NCBI GenBank assembly: GCA_964035575.1
Contig: OZ037834.1
Span: 434,001-498,000 of the forward strand
From: Rhynchopus sp. YZ270_cl-10
Lineage: Eukaryota
Direction: 5' to 3'
DNA: 64,000 nt
Positions 10,546 to 22,630 of this stretch are shown piece by piece. A program made the position numbers and the translations under genes. The notes under the pieces were generated by a model. It worked only from the letters and a program-made list of their open reading frames with translations, was not told where the DNA came from and made no database searches. Each line of letters begins with the position of its first letter. Position 1 is the stretch's first letter.

Positions 10546-12459
10546 TTCTGTCCTCTTTTTTTATCTTGTGTTGGGTAGTTCCTATTGCAAGATAGTGTTC
10601 TTTGTTTGTCCGATTTTTTTTTTAGTTTTTTTTTCTTCGAATACAAGTTCTTGGCAATAGAAAATAGAAATGACTGACGGTGCCCGCTAGCTTTGTTTGC
10701 CTTTTAAATGAGGACCAAGGACCACTGCTTTGTGGGGAAATGAAAATGATGCGAACATCTACCTTTTTGTTTATCCCCATTTTATTGTGCAACTCACCCG
10801 ATTTCTGTGCATTTCGGGCAAAATATTTTCTTCTTTTTTTGCCATCCATTCCTGGGCAGTTCGGGGGAGCACAATAACTTGCGGAGCAAACAAACGGGAA
10901 AAAGAAAACGGGAAAGAAAAGAAGAAAAAAAAAAACGATTTTGCCTAAATCCGGGGGGCGGTATTTAGGAAAAGCCCCATGCTTAGGTCCTAAATAGATA
11001 TCAGGATCCATTCATTCACTCTGATAACTATTTCCGTCTTTGTAAATACGTTCGACCGCGATAAAGTTCGTCCTTTTCCGGATTTTTCCGGATTTTTCTG
11101 GAAGTTTGTCCTTTTTTACGGTCGAACATTTTTACGAAGACGGTACTAGGATCAACATAAACTGTTTTTTCTCTCCCTTCGTCTTATATCCTTTTCATCA
11201 TATCCTGAGGTCAAATTTTCTATTTTGTCATGTTGTTCTTTTGCCATGCTGTGTTCTTCACAGCATCCTTCCTTACCTTGCCTTCGCAGTGCTTCAGCAA
11301 CAAGGGGGCATCCTGATACAATGAGCCTGCACACTACATGGAGGAGGGGCAAATACCACCATAGAAAGGGACTCTACAGTCTCGCTCTCTCCCTTTTTTT
11401 CTTCTCTGTTTAGGACCCCTTCCCCACCCCCTGTGAGGCTATACACAGCAGAGAGTCAGGAGGGGCTACTAGTAAATGACTGTAATGTTTTTTTAGTTTA
11501 ACACTGCAATGGGGCGCAATATTATGGGTGGACCTTAAAATTTATGGGGTAAATTTCAATATTTCCCGAAAATTAAGTTGCCCGTAATCATTGCTCCCCT
11601 GTACTGTAGTCGTTGATCGTATCTGTTAGTTTTACTAGTAGTTCCCCTCTAATTAGTCCGCTGTGTGGTGGAGCGCTCCGTCCTGTCTGCCAGGACACAT
11701 GATACAATGTCATGCTTGAAGGGCTTCTCCCTATAGGTGATCAGGAGTGGGGGGGGGAGAGAACAGTGAAAAAAAAAATGCCGAAAATAAGTATTTTGGC
11801 GATGCTCTCCTCTTTATTCTTTTTTTTTTTTAAAGTTTGCACGAGACAAAAGGTACATTAGAGGGCAGGACGGCTAATAAAATGGGTGACAGCACACCCC
11901 TCTACCCTCTCGTGTTTGTTATTACAAAAGTGATTACGCAACGAGAGAGGTTTAGTTCCTGTCATTAAGGGTAGCACAATTAAAAATATTGTTTAGTGTC
12001 CTGCGCGCGAACAGATGATTTTGGAAATCCAAAAAAAAAAAATAATTGGGACACAACTACAAAAAAAATAATTTTTATGGTTGGTAGGTTGAAGTCAGGA
12101 CGGACGAAGTCTCGGAGGGCCCTAAGGGGGAAGGTAGGTAGGCACTTCTGTCTGGGAAAAAGTGACCAGAAAAAAAAAATGTTGGGGTCCCGTGCTCCCA
12201 AATGTGCGAAATAAGCAAGAAATAAGCATTTTTGCGCACACGTGTATAAAAAAAAATCCGCCTCCGGCGGGGTTCGTTTTCGAGGATTTTCAGAGATCTC
12301 ACGTTATGAAGATTTCCTTAAGAAACCATTGAATCTCATATTTCAGAATAATAGTACCTTAGAGTGTTTTTGGACACACATGTAACCCCACCGTGGAGAG
12401 CAATCGGCTCGTGCAATCAAAAGAAAGTGGAGAAAAGGTGCAAGAATAAAAAAAGTTGG

Positions 12460-13005
12460 GTACCGTGCGCCTGCGGCGCTGCCTGTTCCCTACCAGTTTC
12501 TACAGGCAAACACTTGCCCCCTTTACCTTACACTGACGGGGTTTGACCAAAACCAAGAACTTGTCCATTTCGGCAAATTGACCCCACCACAGAACGGACG
12601 GATTCCGAAAATGCAAATGCCGGTGTTTTCACGCATTTTCATGTTTCAAGACGTCAGGATCAGGGAGAGAAAATCTGGTTGTGGGATTTACCTTGGCCCT
12701 CTTTACCCTACATGGATTTTGACCAAAACCAAGAATTTGGCCATTTCGGCAAAGTGACCCCACCACAGTGCGGACGGATTCCGGAAATCCCAATCGCGGT
12801 ATGTTTTCGGGCTGAAAACCCACTGTTTTTTCAGGGGAAAAAATTGCTTCCAAATGTCGGAATTTTCCGAATTTTCCTGAAAATGACCCTTGTTTACGAG
12901 TATGGGTTCATATTTTGCGAAAATTTAAGTCACTAAAATTTTGTCCATTTTTCCGTATTCACCCCACCACAAGCCGGGATTGGCTCAGAACTGCAACAAA
13001 ACGCC
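12460..13005 (+). repeat. ~550-bp dispersed repeat, copy 1 (copy 2 at ~62637-63180)
   Basis: Highly similar sequence starting TACCGTGCGCCTGCGGCGC, with an internal duplicated TTGACCAAAACCAAGAA...CCCCACCACAG module. Confidence 0.85.
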
Positions 13006-13649
13006 CCAGAGTTAGGAAATAGCCTGAAAAGAGGGCAAAATAGGTGAGGGAAAAATTATTTTTTTTTGACTAGTTTTTTTTTTTTGCGTGCGTGCGAACA
13101 GATTTTTGGGGAGCGGTGGGACACTAAACAAGGTTTTTAATTGTGCTACCCTAAACAAAGTTTGTGTGTGTGTTTGATAACGAATTTAGAGTGGGCAACA
13201 CCTGAACGGAGTATAGCCTATTTATTGTGTGTGTTTTTGAAACGATATTTTTTTTTTTCTTGTGATTTTCCCCTTCACATCTCTTCTTTGTTACAATCAC
13301 ATTTTGCGCGTGGAAAACGAGCATTTTTATTTTGTCTTTTCTTAAACCCAAGTTTAAGAAAGGGATGTGTGGTTGCGTTGTACGAGACTCACACACATCT
13401 TAGTTTTGTTTGTTTGAATGGAGAAAATAAGAGACATGTGAACTGCGTTCGACATAGTAAGCAGGCAATGCCCCAGTACAGCACAAGGCCAAAAGACATG
13501 ATGCAGATGCTGAGATGTCCAGACTGTTCCAAGGAAGCAAACAGTTTGCACACCCGGACTGCTCAAGAAACTATGAGGTCGCATTTGCTGCAGGAGTAAC
13601 CGTTCAATGTATTTCTCTTCTTTCTCTCTTTTTTCTTTTTCGACTGAAA

Positions 13650-13765
13650 TCCACCTGATTTTTACCCCGCATATAGGCGCGTAAAGGCGCGTATAGGACC
13701 GTATAGGTCCGTACACGCCTTTACGTGCTTTTACGCGCCTATCCGCGAGGTAAAAATCAGGTGGG
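13650..13765. mobile_element. Palindromic MITE with CCACCTGATTT termini (related element ~2483-2584)
   Basis: CCACCTGATTTTTACC...GGTAAAAATCAGGTGG with a palindromic interior. The same terminus is seen at 2483-2584. Confidence 0.6.
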
Positions 13766-14891
13766 AGATGCGTTTGTAGCATTTCAAATACTCTTTTTTT
13801 TTCTTTCTCCAAAATGTTTCTCCAAAATCCCCCCAGTTTTTGCACTTTTTTTTCCTCAACTTTTTTGCAACTTTTTTTGAGACGAGGCATAAATGAGCTC
13901 AAGAAAGGCTTGGGAGCCCAGGATATGGCAACTTGCGACAACGCGGGAGGAGTCTGGACGCTGGTGCCTATTCCCTGATGTGCTCCCATGCACTGCACAC
14001 ATCGTTTGCCCCCTCCTTTGGGCATCCAGAGTGTGCCTTACCAAAACGTTTTTTTTGTTTTTTGTTTGAATTTTAGAGAATCATCATATAAAAATAAAAC
14101 TCTGTTTTTTTTTTAGATACTGCTTTGCCGAATTACTCCCCATTACTCATTCACTCAGGGGACACTAATTCGAGCGATCGACGAAAAAAACTTTCTCTCT
14201 CTTTTTTTTTTCTTCCTTTTTTTTGTTTTCATTTCTTTTGAATATGTAAAAAAGGAAGAGTAATTGGTGCTTTCGGAAGTCGGTCAACGACCTGTCAGCG
14301 ACGTGTCACGGCCTGTCGGTGACTTGTCAGCGACCTGTCAATATCGACCCCTCCCTAATATGTATTTTTTTCCAATTAGTCAGTGCCTATAATGCCTTCT
14401 ATTCAGTAGAAATAGAAAGTATATGAAATAATTCAATCGTGCACGCCCTTGAGGTTTGCACACGAAATTTTTTTGTTCAAAACAAAAATATTTGTTGACG
14501 ACACTCCGAGGTGGAAGACGCTGACTACCGGTACTTTTAAAAGGTGACTAAGCACAAATTGACTGATGAATAAACCAAAGAATAATCTAATCAGACTAAG
14601 CACAGAGAGGCTTAGGGTCATCTTCTAAACTTTTATTTTCTTTTCTTTTCTTTTCGGCAGCCGTGCCACACTCCTGATACCCATCCACAATCCCTTTGAT
14701 GTCTCTTTGCTTTGTTGTGTCATTTTGCACACATCAGATTTTTTTCTCTTTTTGTGGCGTTCTTTTTACATTTCTTGGCCGCAGCATACAGCGGATCGGG
14801 GGTGTGCGCCTGCATCAATAACTTCCCTTTTTCTTCTTCTTTTCCGAGGCATTTTTTATTTTTCTACTGAAGTTTCAATTTTGTGCATGAA

Positions 14892-14949
14892 TGGTGCTTT
14901 CGGAAGTCGGTCAACGACCTGTCAATTATCGGCCCCTCCCGGAGCACCA
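14892..14949. mobile_element. 58-bp TGGTGCT...AGCACCA micro-element with 5-bp TSD
   Basis: TSD ATGAA at 14887-14891 and 14950-14954. Empty paralogous site at ~7560-7600. Relatives at 18492-18548, ~14265-14355, 57598-57672 (TSD GTAAT) and ~390-443. Confidence 0.8.
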
Positions 14950-15340
14950 ATGAAACATTTTTCTTTACGTTTTGTCGAAACATACCACATAAAAAGAAAG
15001 TTGAGAATATCTTTTGATACCCTATGCCCTATGCAACCTATTTATTGAAATGCTGTATTCGTACAAAAAAAAATATCGACCGTAATAATATTCGACCTTT
15101 TCAGGATTTTTTCTGGAAGTTCGACCTTTTTTTTTACGGTCGAACATTTTTTCTTTTACGCTGTTACTCTAATCTTGTTTGTTATGTGCTCTTTTCGTGC
15201 CTATCTCTGACTACTATTCAGTACGAAACAGATAGGCACTACCCCCTTCCCCCCCATTCTTTATTTTTTCCTCTCTCTCTCTCCGTAAAAGTGACTAAGC
15301 ACAGAGATGCTTAGGGTCATCTTACCAGGGGGGGACCTGA

Positions 15341-15466
15341 GGTAATGGTGTCAGTATTGTGATGGGAGCCCATTGGAATACGCAAAATACATCACAATAC
15401 ACGTGTATTGTGATGTATTTTGATGTATTCCAATGGGCTCCCATCACAATACTGCCACCAATAACC
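15341..15466. repeat. ~125-bp near-perfect palindrome (MITE-like)
   Basis: CAGTATTGTGATGGGAGCCCATTGGAATAC...GTATTCCAATGGGCTCCCATCACAATACTG, centred on AATACACGTGTATT. Confidence 0.75.
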
Positions 15467-18400
15467 TGAGGGGGGAGTTCGATAACCCATTTGTGCCTGT
15501 TTTGTCCCAGAGGCGTTTTGCACTATCAACTTCACCCCCTCTTCACTTTTTTTTTTTATACGCGTGCTACTTTGGGTGGGGTAATGACTGCGCTTACAGT
15601 TTCCCTGTAAACCACTCCCAAGCGCAACACTCCGGGGGCTTCGATAACCCGCGGAGTATCAGTGCCTGCGTCCCAGAGGCGTTTGCACTATCAACTTCAT
15701 TTTTTTTTTCTTTTTACGCATGCTACTTTGTGGAAAGTACAGCCTTTTTTTCCCTTTTTCTCCTTTTGCTTTTGTTCATGGATACTGAAATCTGGGGGAG
15801 AAAAAAAAATAGTATGAAAACCCAAGATTCACACAATTTCCCAGATTTTCCAGATCTGGTCTCACCAGATTTCATCATCTGGAAAAAGTCAGATCCTGGG
15901 ATTTGATTTACCAAAAATCTGGCCAGATCTGACAGTTACTTCCGTGATATGACCAAAAGGGATGGGGAATATTTTGATCCTTATACCCGGTACTTTCACT
16001 TTCATTTGAACGTTTTGGGTATAATGCTCCCTTTTTTTACGCACACTACTTTGTGAGCGGAAAGTGTCACGTCGTTCACTCACCCAACCGTGCTCCGCAA
16101 CACCACCACCCAACAGGTGATTTTTAGTGTGTGTGGAAGCGTCAACGCATCAAACTACAAGAAGGAGGGTGAGGGAACGACAAGTGACACTTTGCTTTTG
16201 TCTTTTTGGCAAAATGCATCTATTTTGACCAGCAAACTACTATACACGAATACCCCCCATCATCTTCCCCCTCTCTCTCCCTCCCTTAGGGAAAGCTAAA
16301 AAAAAACAAGTAATTGCTATCGGAAAAAAAACGGGGTGTGATGTGGAACTCCATCCTGTAGAAATAATCTACAACATGCCCAGCATTCTGCTCTTCTGCA
16401 GGTATGCTAACGCTCTTCGTAAGCTGCCAGACCCACTGGGACGCCAGCATCTGAAACGTTCAAGAAGGGGGGCTGTCCTCTTCGTCCAGCACCATCTGCT
16501 CGATAGCGTTGTTTGACGTCGGCTCGGCAGGCTCGGCGTGTTCCAGCTCGTTTTTGTCCACAGGCTCCCCACATTGTCGTCGTCGTTGGAGCAGTGCGGA
16601 GGGAACACAGAATGCACAGACTACAACACATCGATCACACCAGGCACATCAACACCTCCAGCAAATCGCCAGGATACTACGGTGGTTTCGAAAATCGCGC
16701 GGAGTTTTCCACATCACACCCGTTTTTCCTTAGCAATTACTTGTCCTTGTTGCTATTGTTGTTTTCAACCACCTTCCTTCAACCCTTGTAGGGATCAGTT
16801 GTAATTTTTTTTCGCGAAAACATGAAATTATACATTTCAAGAGAACAAATTAAAAAGGGTCCTTATTTGCATTTTTGGGCTCCGCCCGTGCAGTGGTGGG
16901 GTCAATCTCGAAAATTGGACAATTTTTTGACCACTTAAATTTTGAGAAATATGAGCCCGGTTGCTTATACGTGGGGCCCATTTTCAGCTAAAATTTTCCT
17001 CAAAATCCGGGTTTGTAAAATTGACCCTTTCCCCCCCCCCACATCGATTTCAATACTATACCTTACTTCACCTACGGTTACCCTTACAGGGGGGGGTGAA
17101 GGAAGGTAAGTTGAAAACACAAACACAAAAAAAGCAAAAAACAATAAATTACGGTGCTTTGAAAGAAAGAACCATAGGTCTACCGGGTGTAGTCAGCGTC
17201 ACGCCTCCCTCAGTAGGTTACAGTGAGGTATAGAAATTCAGGGGCCAGAATAAATTAGCACAACCAAGAGAATGCAGCAGCTTCGGGACCCCCTCTTTTT
17301 TTCAAATCTAAAATAAAATAATATATTTTCACGCACACCAAAGAAGAAGAAGAAGGAAAAAACAGGGCATTTGTCTGGACAACTGTAGGTCAGTAGCTAT
17401 CATAGACCTGTTTATGTTGGGTATCTATGTGTGCACAAGAGAGGTACATTCATCTTATAAATTTTCTTTTCTTTTGTTTTTCTTGTTCACTAATAAAACC
17501 CCAGCTTTTTTCTCTTTCTTTTGAAGAAGGCGGCTAATCAGCAGACGAAGTTAAGGATTTCTCAAAAGAAAAAAAAATTTTTTTTCACCTTTTTTTTTTT
17601 GTTGTGCGTTTGAAACCAATGACTGGGCGTTCCCTGATCGAGGAACCATTGTCCCGTTTTATGGCCATGTCCAGTCTTCTGGGCATTTTTTTTTTTTTTC
17701 TCTTTCAATTTCAATTTTTGTTATAAAAAAAATATCCATTTTTTTCTTTCCTTCCTATGCATCAAACGCATCTTTAAAAAAAAACCTCCCCACATTCCAA
17801 CAATAAAAACACAACTGCAATAGCGAATACACAGCGAAGGCTGTGATTTGCACTATTTCAGCACCCCCCCCTCTTTCTTATCGCGATACCGAATGTGATC
17901 AACAAAAATAAAAAAAGACGGGATGTCTCGTTTTTTTTTAAACATCCTTTTGTGTGCTTTCTCTTCTGTGAATGGAAAGTGCATGATATTAGCCCCTTTT
18001 TTCTTCATTTAGACATCGCGGTTACTCTCTTGTGATAGTAGTCAAAAACCAAATATTTTTTTTCCAATGATAAACCACTAGCACTCATATTGTACCGTAG
18101 CCTACTTTTTTCTATCAATTGGGCTTTGTTATAGTTTTGTTCTTTCCCTCCCCTTCCCCCCTTTTTGTCAAACACGTTATTTCCTTGATGTGTGTGTTTT
18201 GATTATCAAAAAACAGTGGGTTATCCCGCAAAAAAAAAAATTATTATAGCCTGAAAGGGGAGGCAAGCCCACGCTGCTGACGTGGCACAGTGTCTTCACA
18301 TCACAATGCGAAAAAGTCTTCCACTTCTCGTCCTTCGCATTCCTCAACAGTTCTGATGCGCTATTTGAGCCGTGTTTCAATAAAAAGTATAGTGGAGCAC

Positions 18401-19048
18401 ACTCTAGGGCGGACTAATACAGCCAAGTTTCCAAAAAAATAAATACCAAGTAAACAAAGTGACTACACATCGTCAATTCGTATAAAAAAAATAGTGCTTT
18501 CGAAAATGGGTCAAATACCTGTCAATATCGACCCCCTCCGGAGCACCAAAAAAACGTAAAGAAAAAAAGACGGCCTATTTATTGGTCAGCATTGAGCATA
18601 AACATCCATCTCTCGTGGGCCATTGTTCGATGCAAAATGAAATAAAAGAAGGGAGAAAAAATGGCGTGGCTACGAAAAAACTACCGGTGTAGTCAGCGTC
18701 ACGCCTACCTCGATAGGTTACGGTGAAAAAAAGAAGAAAATGCCGAATGAGCGATCGCTGATCCTCCAACCAAAAAAAAACCAAAAACAAAAAAAAAATA
18801 AAGTGAAGAAGCTGTGTTTGCATGACACATCTACTACCAAACCAACAGATTATCAAAGTGAAAGATGACACTGTGCGCTGAGAGGCGTTTGCTTCCCCAT
18901 TTTTTTTTATGAATATATTTTTAGTTTTTTTTTATTTATATTTCTTTTCAAAGAATCCCACACCCACGGAGGGAGATTTCCGCAAAAAGTCTGCCAGACC
19001 TTCTGCCAGGCTTCCCTCTATGGAACAATTATCCTAAATCATCGCTCA

Positions 19049-19535
19049 TGGTGCTTCCCGGGGGGTATGCATTTCACAAATTTTCAATTCAATTCACAAC
19101 TTTTCACAACTATTCACAACTTTTCACTACCCTTTTTTCTCTCGTTGGTGAAGCTTTTAAACGCCGGCATTTGCATTTCCGGAATCCGTCCGGCCAGTGG
19201 TGGGGTCAATTTGCCGAAATGGACAAGTTCTCGTCATTTCCGCACATCACACAGTACACAGGTACACAGGTACACCACATCACGTTCTATCTTGTGAATC
19301 CCAGCGTGCCCCTCAATGGGTGGGTCACCACCCGCCCAAAAAAAAAGCACTCACAAAAAAAAAATCAATTCACAACTTTTCACAACTATTCACAACTTTT
19401 CACATTTTTTCACAACTTTTCACCACTTTTCGCCAGCCTTCACAATTTTGTAGCAGTTTTCGTGTGGTGAAAATTTGTGAAAACTTGTCACATTTTGTGA
19501 AAATTTGTGAAATGCACACCCCCCGGGAAGCACCA
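19049..19535 (+). mobile_element. ~490-bp TIR element (MITE), copy 1
   Basis: ~38-bp TIR TGGTGCTTCCCGGGGGGT(A/G)TGCATTTCACAAATTTTCA. Subterminal TTCACAA arrays. Confidence 0.9.
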
Positions 19536-19559
19536 GTATTGTTCAATATAACTCATATT

Positions 19560-20014
19560 TGGTGCTTCCCGGGGGGTATGCATTTCACAAATTTTCAATT
19601 CAATTCACAACTTTTCACAACTATTCACAACTTTTCACCACCCTTTTTTCCTTCGTTGGTGAAGCTTTTAAATGCCGGCATTTGCATTTCCGGAATCCGT
19701 CCGGCCAGTGGTGGGGTCAATTTGCCGAAATGGACAAGTTCTCGTCATTTCCGCACAGTGCACAGTACACAGGTACACAGGTACAACACACCACGTTCTA
19801 TCTTGTGAATCCCAGCATACCCCTCAATGGGTGGGTCACCACCCAACCCAAAAAAAACTCAAATCAATTCACAACTTTTCACAACTTTTCACAATTTTTC
19901 ACCATTTTTCACCAGCCTTCACAATTTTATAGCGGTTTTCGTGTTGTGAAAACTTGTGAAAACTTGTCACATTTTGTGAAAATTTGTGAAATGCATACCC
20001 CCCGGGAAGCACCA
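19560..20014 (+). mobile_element. ~455-bp TIR element (MITE), copy 2, tandem to copy 1
   Basis: Same TIRs and body as copy 1, separated from it by 24 bp. Confidence 0.9.
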
Positions 20015-20646
20015 GCTCATTTATTTCTTTTATTTATTTTTTCCATCTTCTGTTGTTGGCTGCAGGGTACTTGCGCTTTCATTCGGGGCTGATATCGTAC
20101 GTGGGTCAGTCGGAGGTGCCTGCATCAACAGCTTCAATTTGGGTTTTTTTTTCCTTCGTTTTTCGCAAATTTCCGTGATCGGTGGATTTCATTCTTTTTT
20201 CTTTTTTCTTCTTTTTTTTGTACAGGTGCCCTCCGTTCTTGCAGAAGACAATGAACACCTTTTGTTCCATCCTCCTTTCCACGGTGGCAAGCACAGTGAA
20301 GAGACGACCTCAAAAAAAAAAAAAAACGCCTCTTTTCTTTCATATCCCTCCCCTTTTGAGGGGGGGCATTCATCTTCGAAATGGTTTCTTCCCAATTTTA
20401 TTTTTAAAATCTCACGAAAAAGAGAATAAAAAAAAATCCCATATCCCTCTAGTTTTTTTTGTCTCCTCCCTCAACACTAAACACACCTCCCCTCCCACCT
20501 TCCGTCTACAAAACGATCAAGCAAAATTAGACAGAGCACAAAGCACTTTCAAAACATACAAAAAAAAAACATTTTCAAACTCCCCTCCCACCTTCAACCC
20601 TTTTTCAGACCACTCTCCTACTCCCCCACACATCTCCACTTCCCTA

Positions 20647-22194
20647 ATGGACCGTCCAGCCAAACGCCGTCGTGTTGACGAAGGTAGCATCCTCCTTGCG
20701 CAGATGCTGCAATGCTCTGCAGGAGATATGGCAGTGTGCACTCCAGTACACCGTGCACGGATCCTCAGTGAACAGCTCGGGTGTGACGTGCATCTTAAGC
20801 GTGAAGACACACAGATCGGCTTTTCACATCATATACGTACTGCTTATACGTTGGTCTCCGCTTTGTCGGATGATGCACTGCACGGAAGGATTGTAGTAAC
20901 TGGACATGGAAATTTTGCGCACGCTGTCGCTCTTGCGCTAGACAGAGTGGTTGGGGAAAGCACAGCGCACGCCACCTCTTTAACCCTCACTGCGGTGCTG
21001 CCGGAGACAACCCCGTCGTTGTTGTTGAGACAGCTCAGGTCGTTTGTGTTTCGGTGTAACGCGGTTTTAGAGGTGGTCCTTGAAGGAAACACACAAAGCG
21101 CGACCCGAAAGCATGCCGATATTTTAGTCAAACAACACAACGCAGTTCTTTTGCAAAACACCGAAGGGTCTGAGGCAGTGGCAGCTGCAGGGTCTCTCGC
21201 GGTGGAGCTTTTCGCGCAACTCCCTTCTGTCGCGGGTACTGTGTATATTGGTGTAACGTCAGGAGCACTGTTAGCAGCGATCTCAGAATATGCGGCACAA
21301 ATTCACCCAGAAACTACAGTGGTAGCCGTTGAAGCGGAAGGTGAACACTCCTTATCAAAGAGATTAGCAAACGAAGAGCGATCCAACCGGACCGTACCAA
21401 ATGAGTATGCCGTCACCATCATTGCGAAGCACCTCAAATCGGGTCGAGTCCGGTTTCTGAGTGCCTCCCATGATGAGCAGTGCGCCGCAATAAAATCAGT
21501 ATTCCTCGACACCCGATCCATTCTTGAACCTGCCGGCGCATTGTCCGTCGCTGGGTTGAAGAAGGACGGTGTAAAAGAAAATGCAGGGATTGCTGTTGCG
21601 GTGCTTGGATCTGCAAATCTCGAGTTTACTACTCTCAGAAGTATTGCAGAACGCAGTGAAGAAAATGAAGTATTGGTTACCGTGGAGCTTCCAGAAGAGA
21701 ACGGCGCATTTAAAAGGATGTACAGCCATATTTACCCCCAACCGGTGACGGAGTTCTCTTATAGGTATGGAGGCGGGAAGAAGGCGGATGTGTTCATGTC
21801 GTTTGCAGTGAAGAGTGCGCAGGAAGGTGCTGCTGTGGTGTCGGCGTTAAATGGGAATGGGTTTCCGTGTACGCCACTGAAGGAGAATGAGCTGGCGAAG
21901 GCGCACGCTAGGTATCTAGTAGGGGGGAGAGGCGGGCCGGCAGATGAAAGGCTGCTGAGGTTTCAGTTTCCAGAGAATGGTGATGCCCTGCAGCAGTTTC
22001 TCGGGGCGTTGCCGGCGTTTGCAGGGGTGAGTCTCTTCCATTACCGCAACCATGGGGCAGATTTTGGCAAAGTGCTGGTAGGCATGAACGTGCCTGCGGA
22101 GCATGAAATCCGCTTTCAAACCTTCCTCTCCACAGTGGAATATGAATACACAGATGAAACATCGAACCCGTTTTATCGAATGTTTTTGAGGTGA
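20647..22194 (+). CDS. ilvA: Threonine dehydratase/deaminase (IlvA)-like protein, 515 aa, probably catalytically inactive, with intact C-terminal regulatory ACT-like domains
   Basis: Motifs TPV...LSEQLG..VHLKREDTQ, DTRSILEPAGALSVAG, SANLEF, TEFSYRY, NELAKAHARYLVGGR, ERLLRFQFPE, SLFHYRNHGAD, DETSNPFY. PLP-lysine site reads FSHHIRTAY. Start inferred at ATG 20647 (MDRPAKRRRV). Confidence 0.9.
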   Translation: MDRPAKRRRVDEGSILLAQMLQCSAGDMAVCTPVHRARILSEQLGCDVHLKREDTQIGFSHHIRTAYTLVSALSDDALHGRIVVTGHGNFAHAVALALDRVVGESTAHATSLTLTAVLPETTPSLLLRQLRSFVFRCNAVLEVVLEGNTQSATRKHADILVKQHNAVLLQNTEGSEAVAAAGSLAVELFAQLPSVAGTVYIGVTSGALLAAISEYAAQIHPETTVVAVEAEGEHSLSKRLANEERSNRTVPNEYAVTIIAKHLKSGRVRFLSASHDEQCAAIKSVFLDTRSILEPAGALSVAGLKKDGVKENAGIAVAVLGSANLEFTTLRSIAERSEENEVLVTVELPEENGAFKRMYSHIYPQPVTEFSYRYGGGKKADVFMSFAVKSAQEGAAVVSALNGNGFPCTPLKENELAKAHARYLVGGRGGPADERLLRFQFPENGDALQQFLGALPAFAGVSLFHYRNHGADFGKVLVGMNVPAEHEIRFQTFLSTVEYEYTDETSNPFYRMFLR

Positions 22195-22630
22195 AAAACA
22201 AAAAGAAAACGATTTTACAGAATAGCGTGTCTCAGAGACCCTCAGAATTGTAACAAACAAAGCAACCTTTCGAGGGTTAAGTAATACCAGGGGGTGTCCC
22301 AGCATGGAAGAACCCCCTGAGGGGAAGAATTTTTTTTTTCCATAAAAAGCTGCTCTAAAGGGTTCAGGATGATGTCCATACCTTCTGTAGTACAAAGGCT
22401 TTCGGCCAATATTGATGCACAGACCCTAGGTTCCCCGAGTGGGGTTCTTAAGCGGATTTTGTCGACACAGCACACAAAAAGAACAACTGTTCCGAATACA
22501 GCGAGCATTACTCCACTATATTTCGCTCTGTGAGTATAGCCTACGCTTCTTCGGTTCTGTCAAATAACAACGGCGTTTTTTTTTTTTCACCCCTCTTTCA
22601 ACCTTTTTCAGCCCCCCCAAGGGTGAGGCC

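Noticed and set aside
13420..14040. Possible MULE/FAR1-type zinc-finger remnant (CPDC ... HCTH) split by a MITE
   Set aside because: Too fragmentary to support.
16370..16690. GC-richer coding-like island
   Set aside because: No recognisable domain, start or splice structure in any frame.
20182..20646. 155-aa N-terminal extension of the IlvA-like ORF
   Set aside because: Homopolymer-rich UTR/intergenic sequence with a non-ATG start. Homology begins after ATG 20647.
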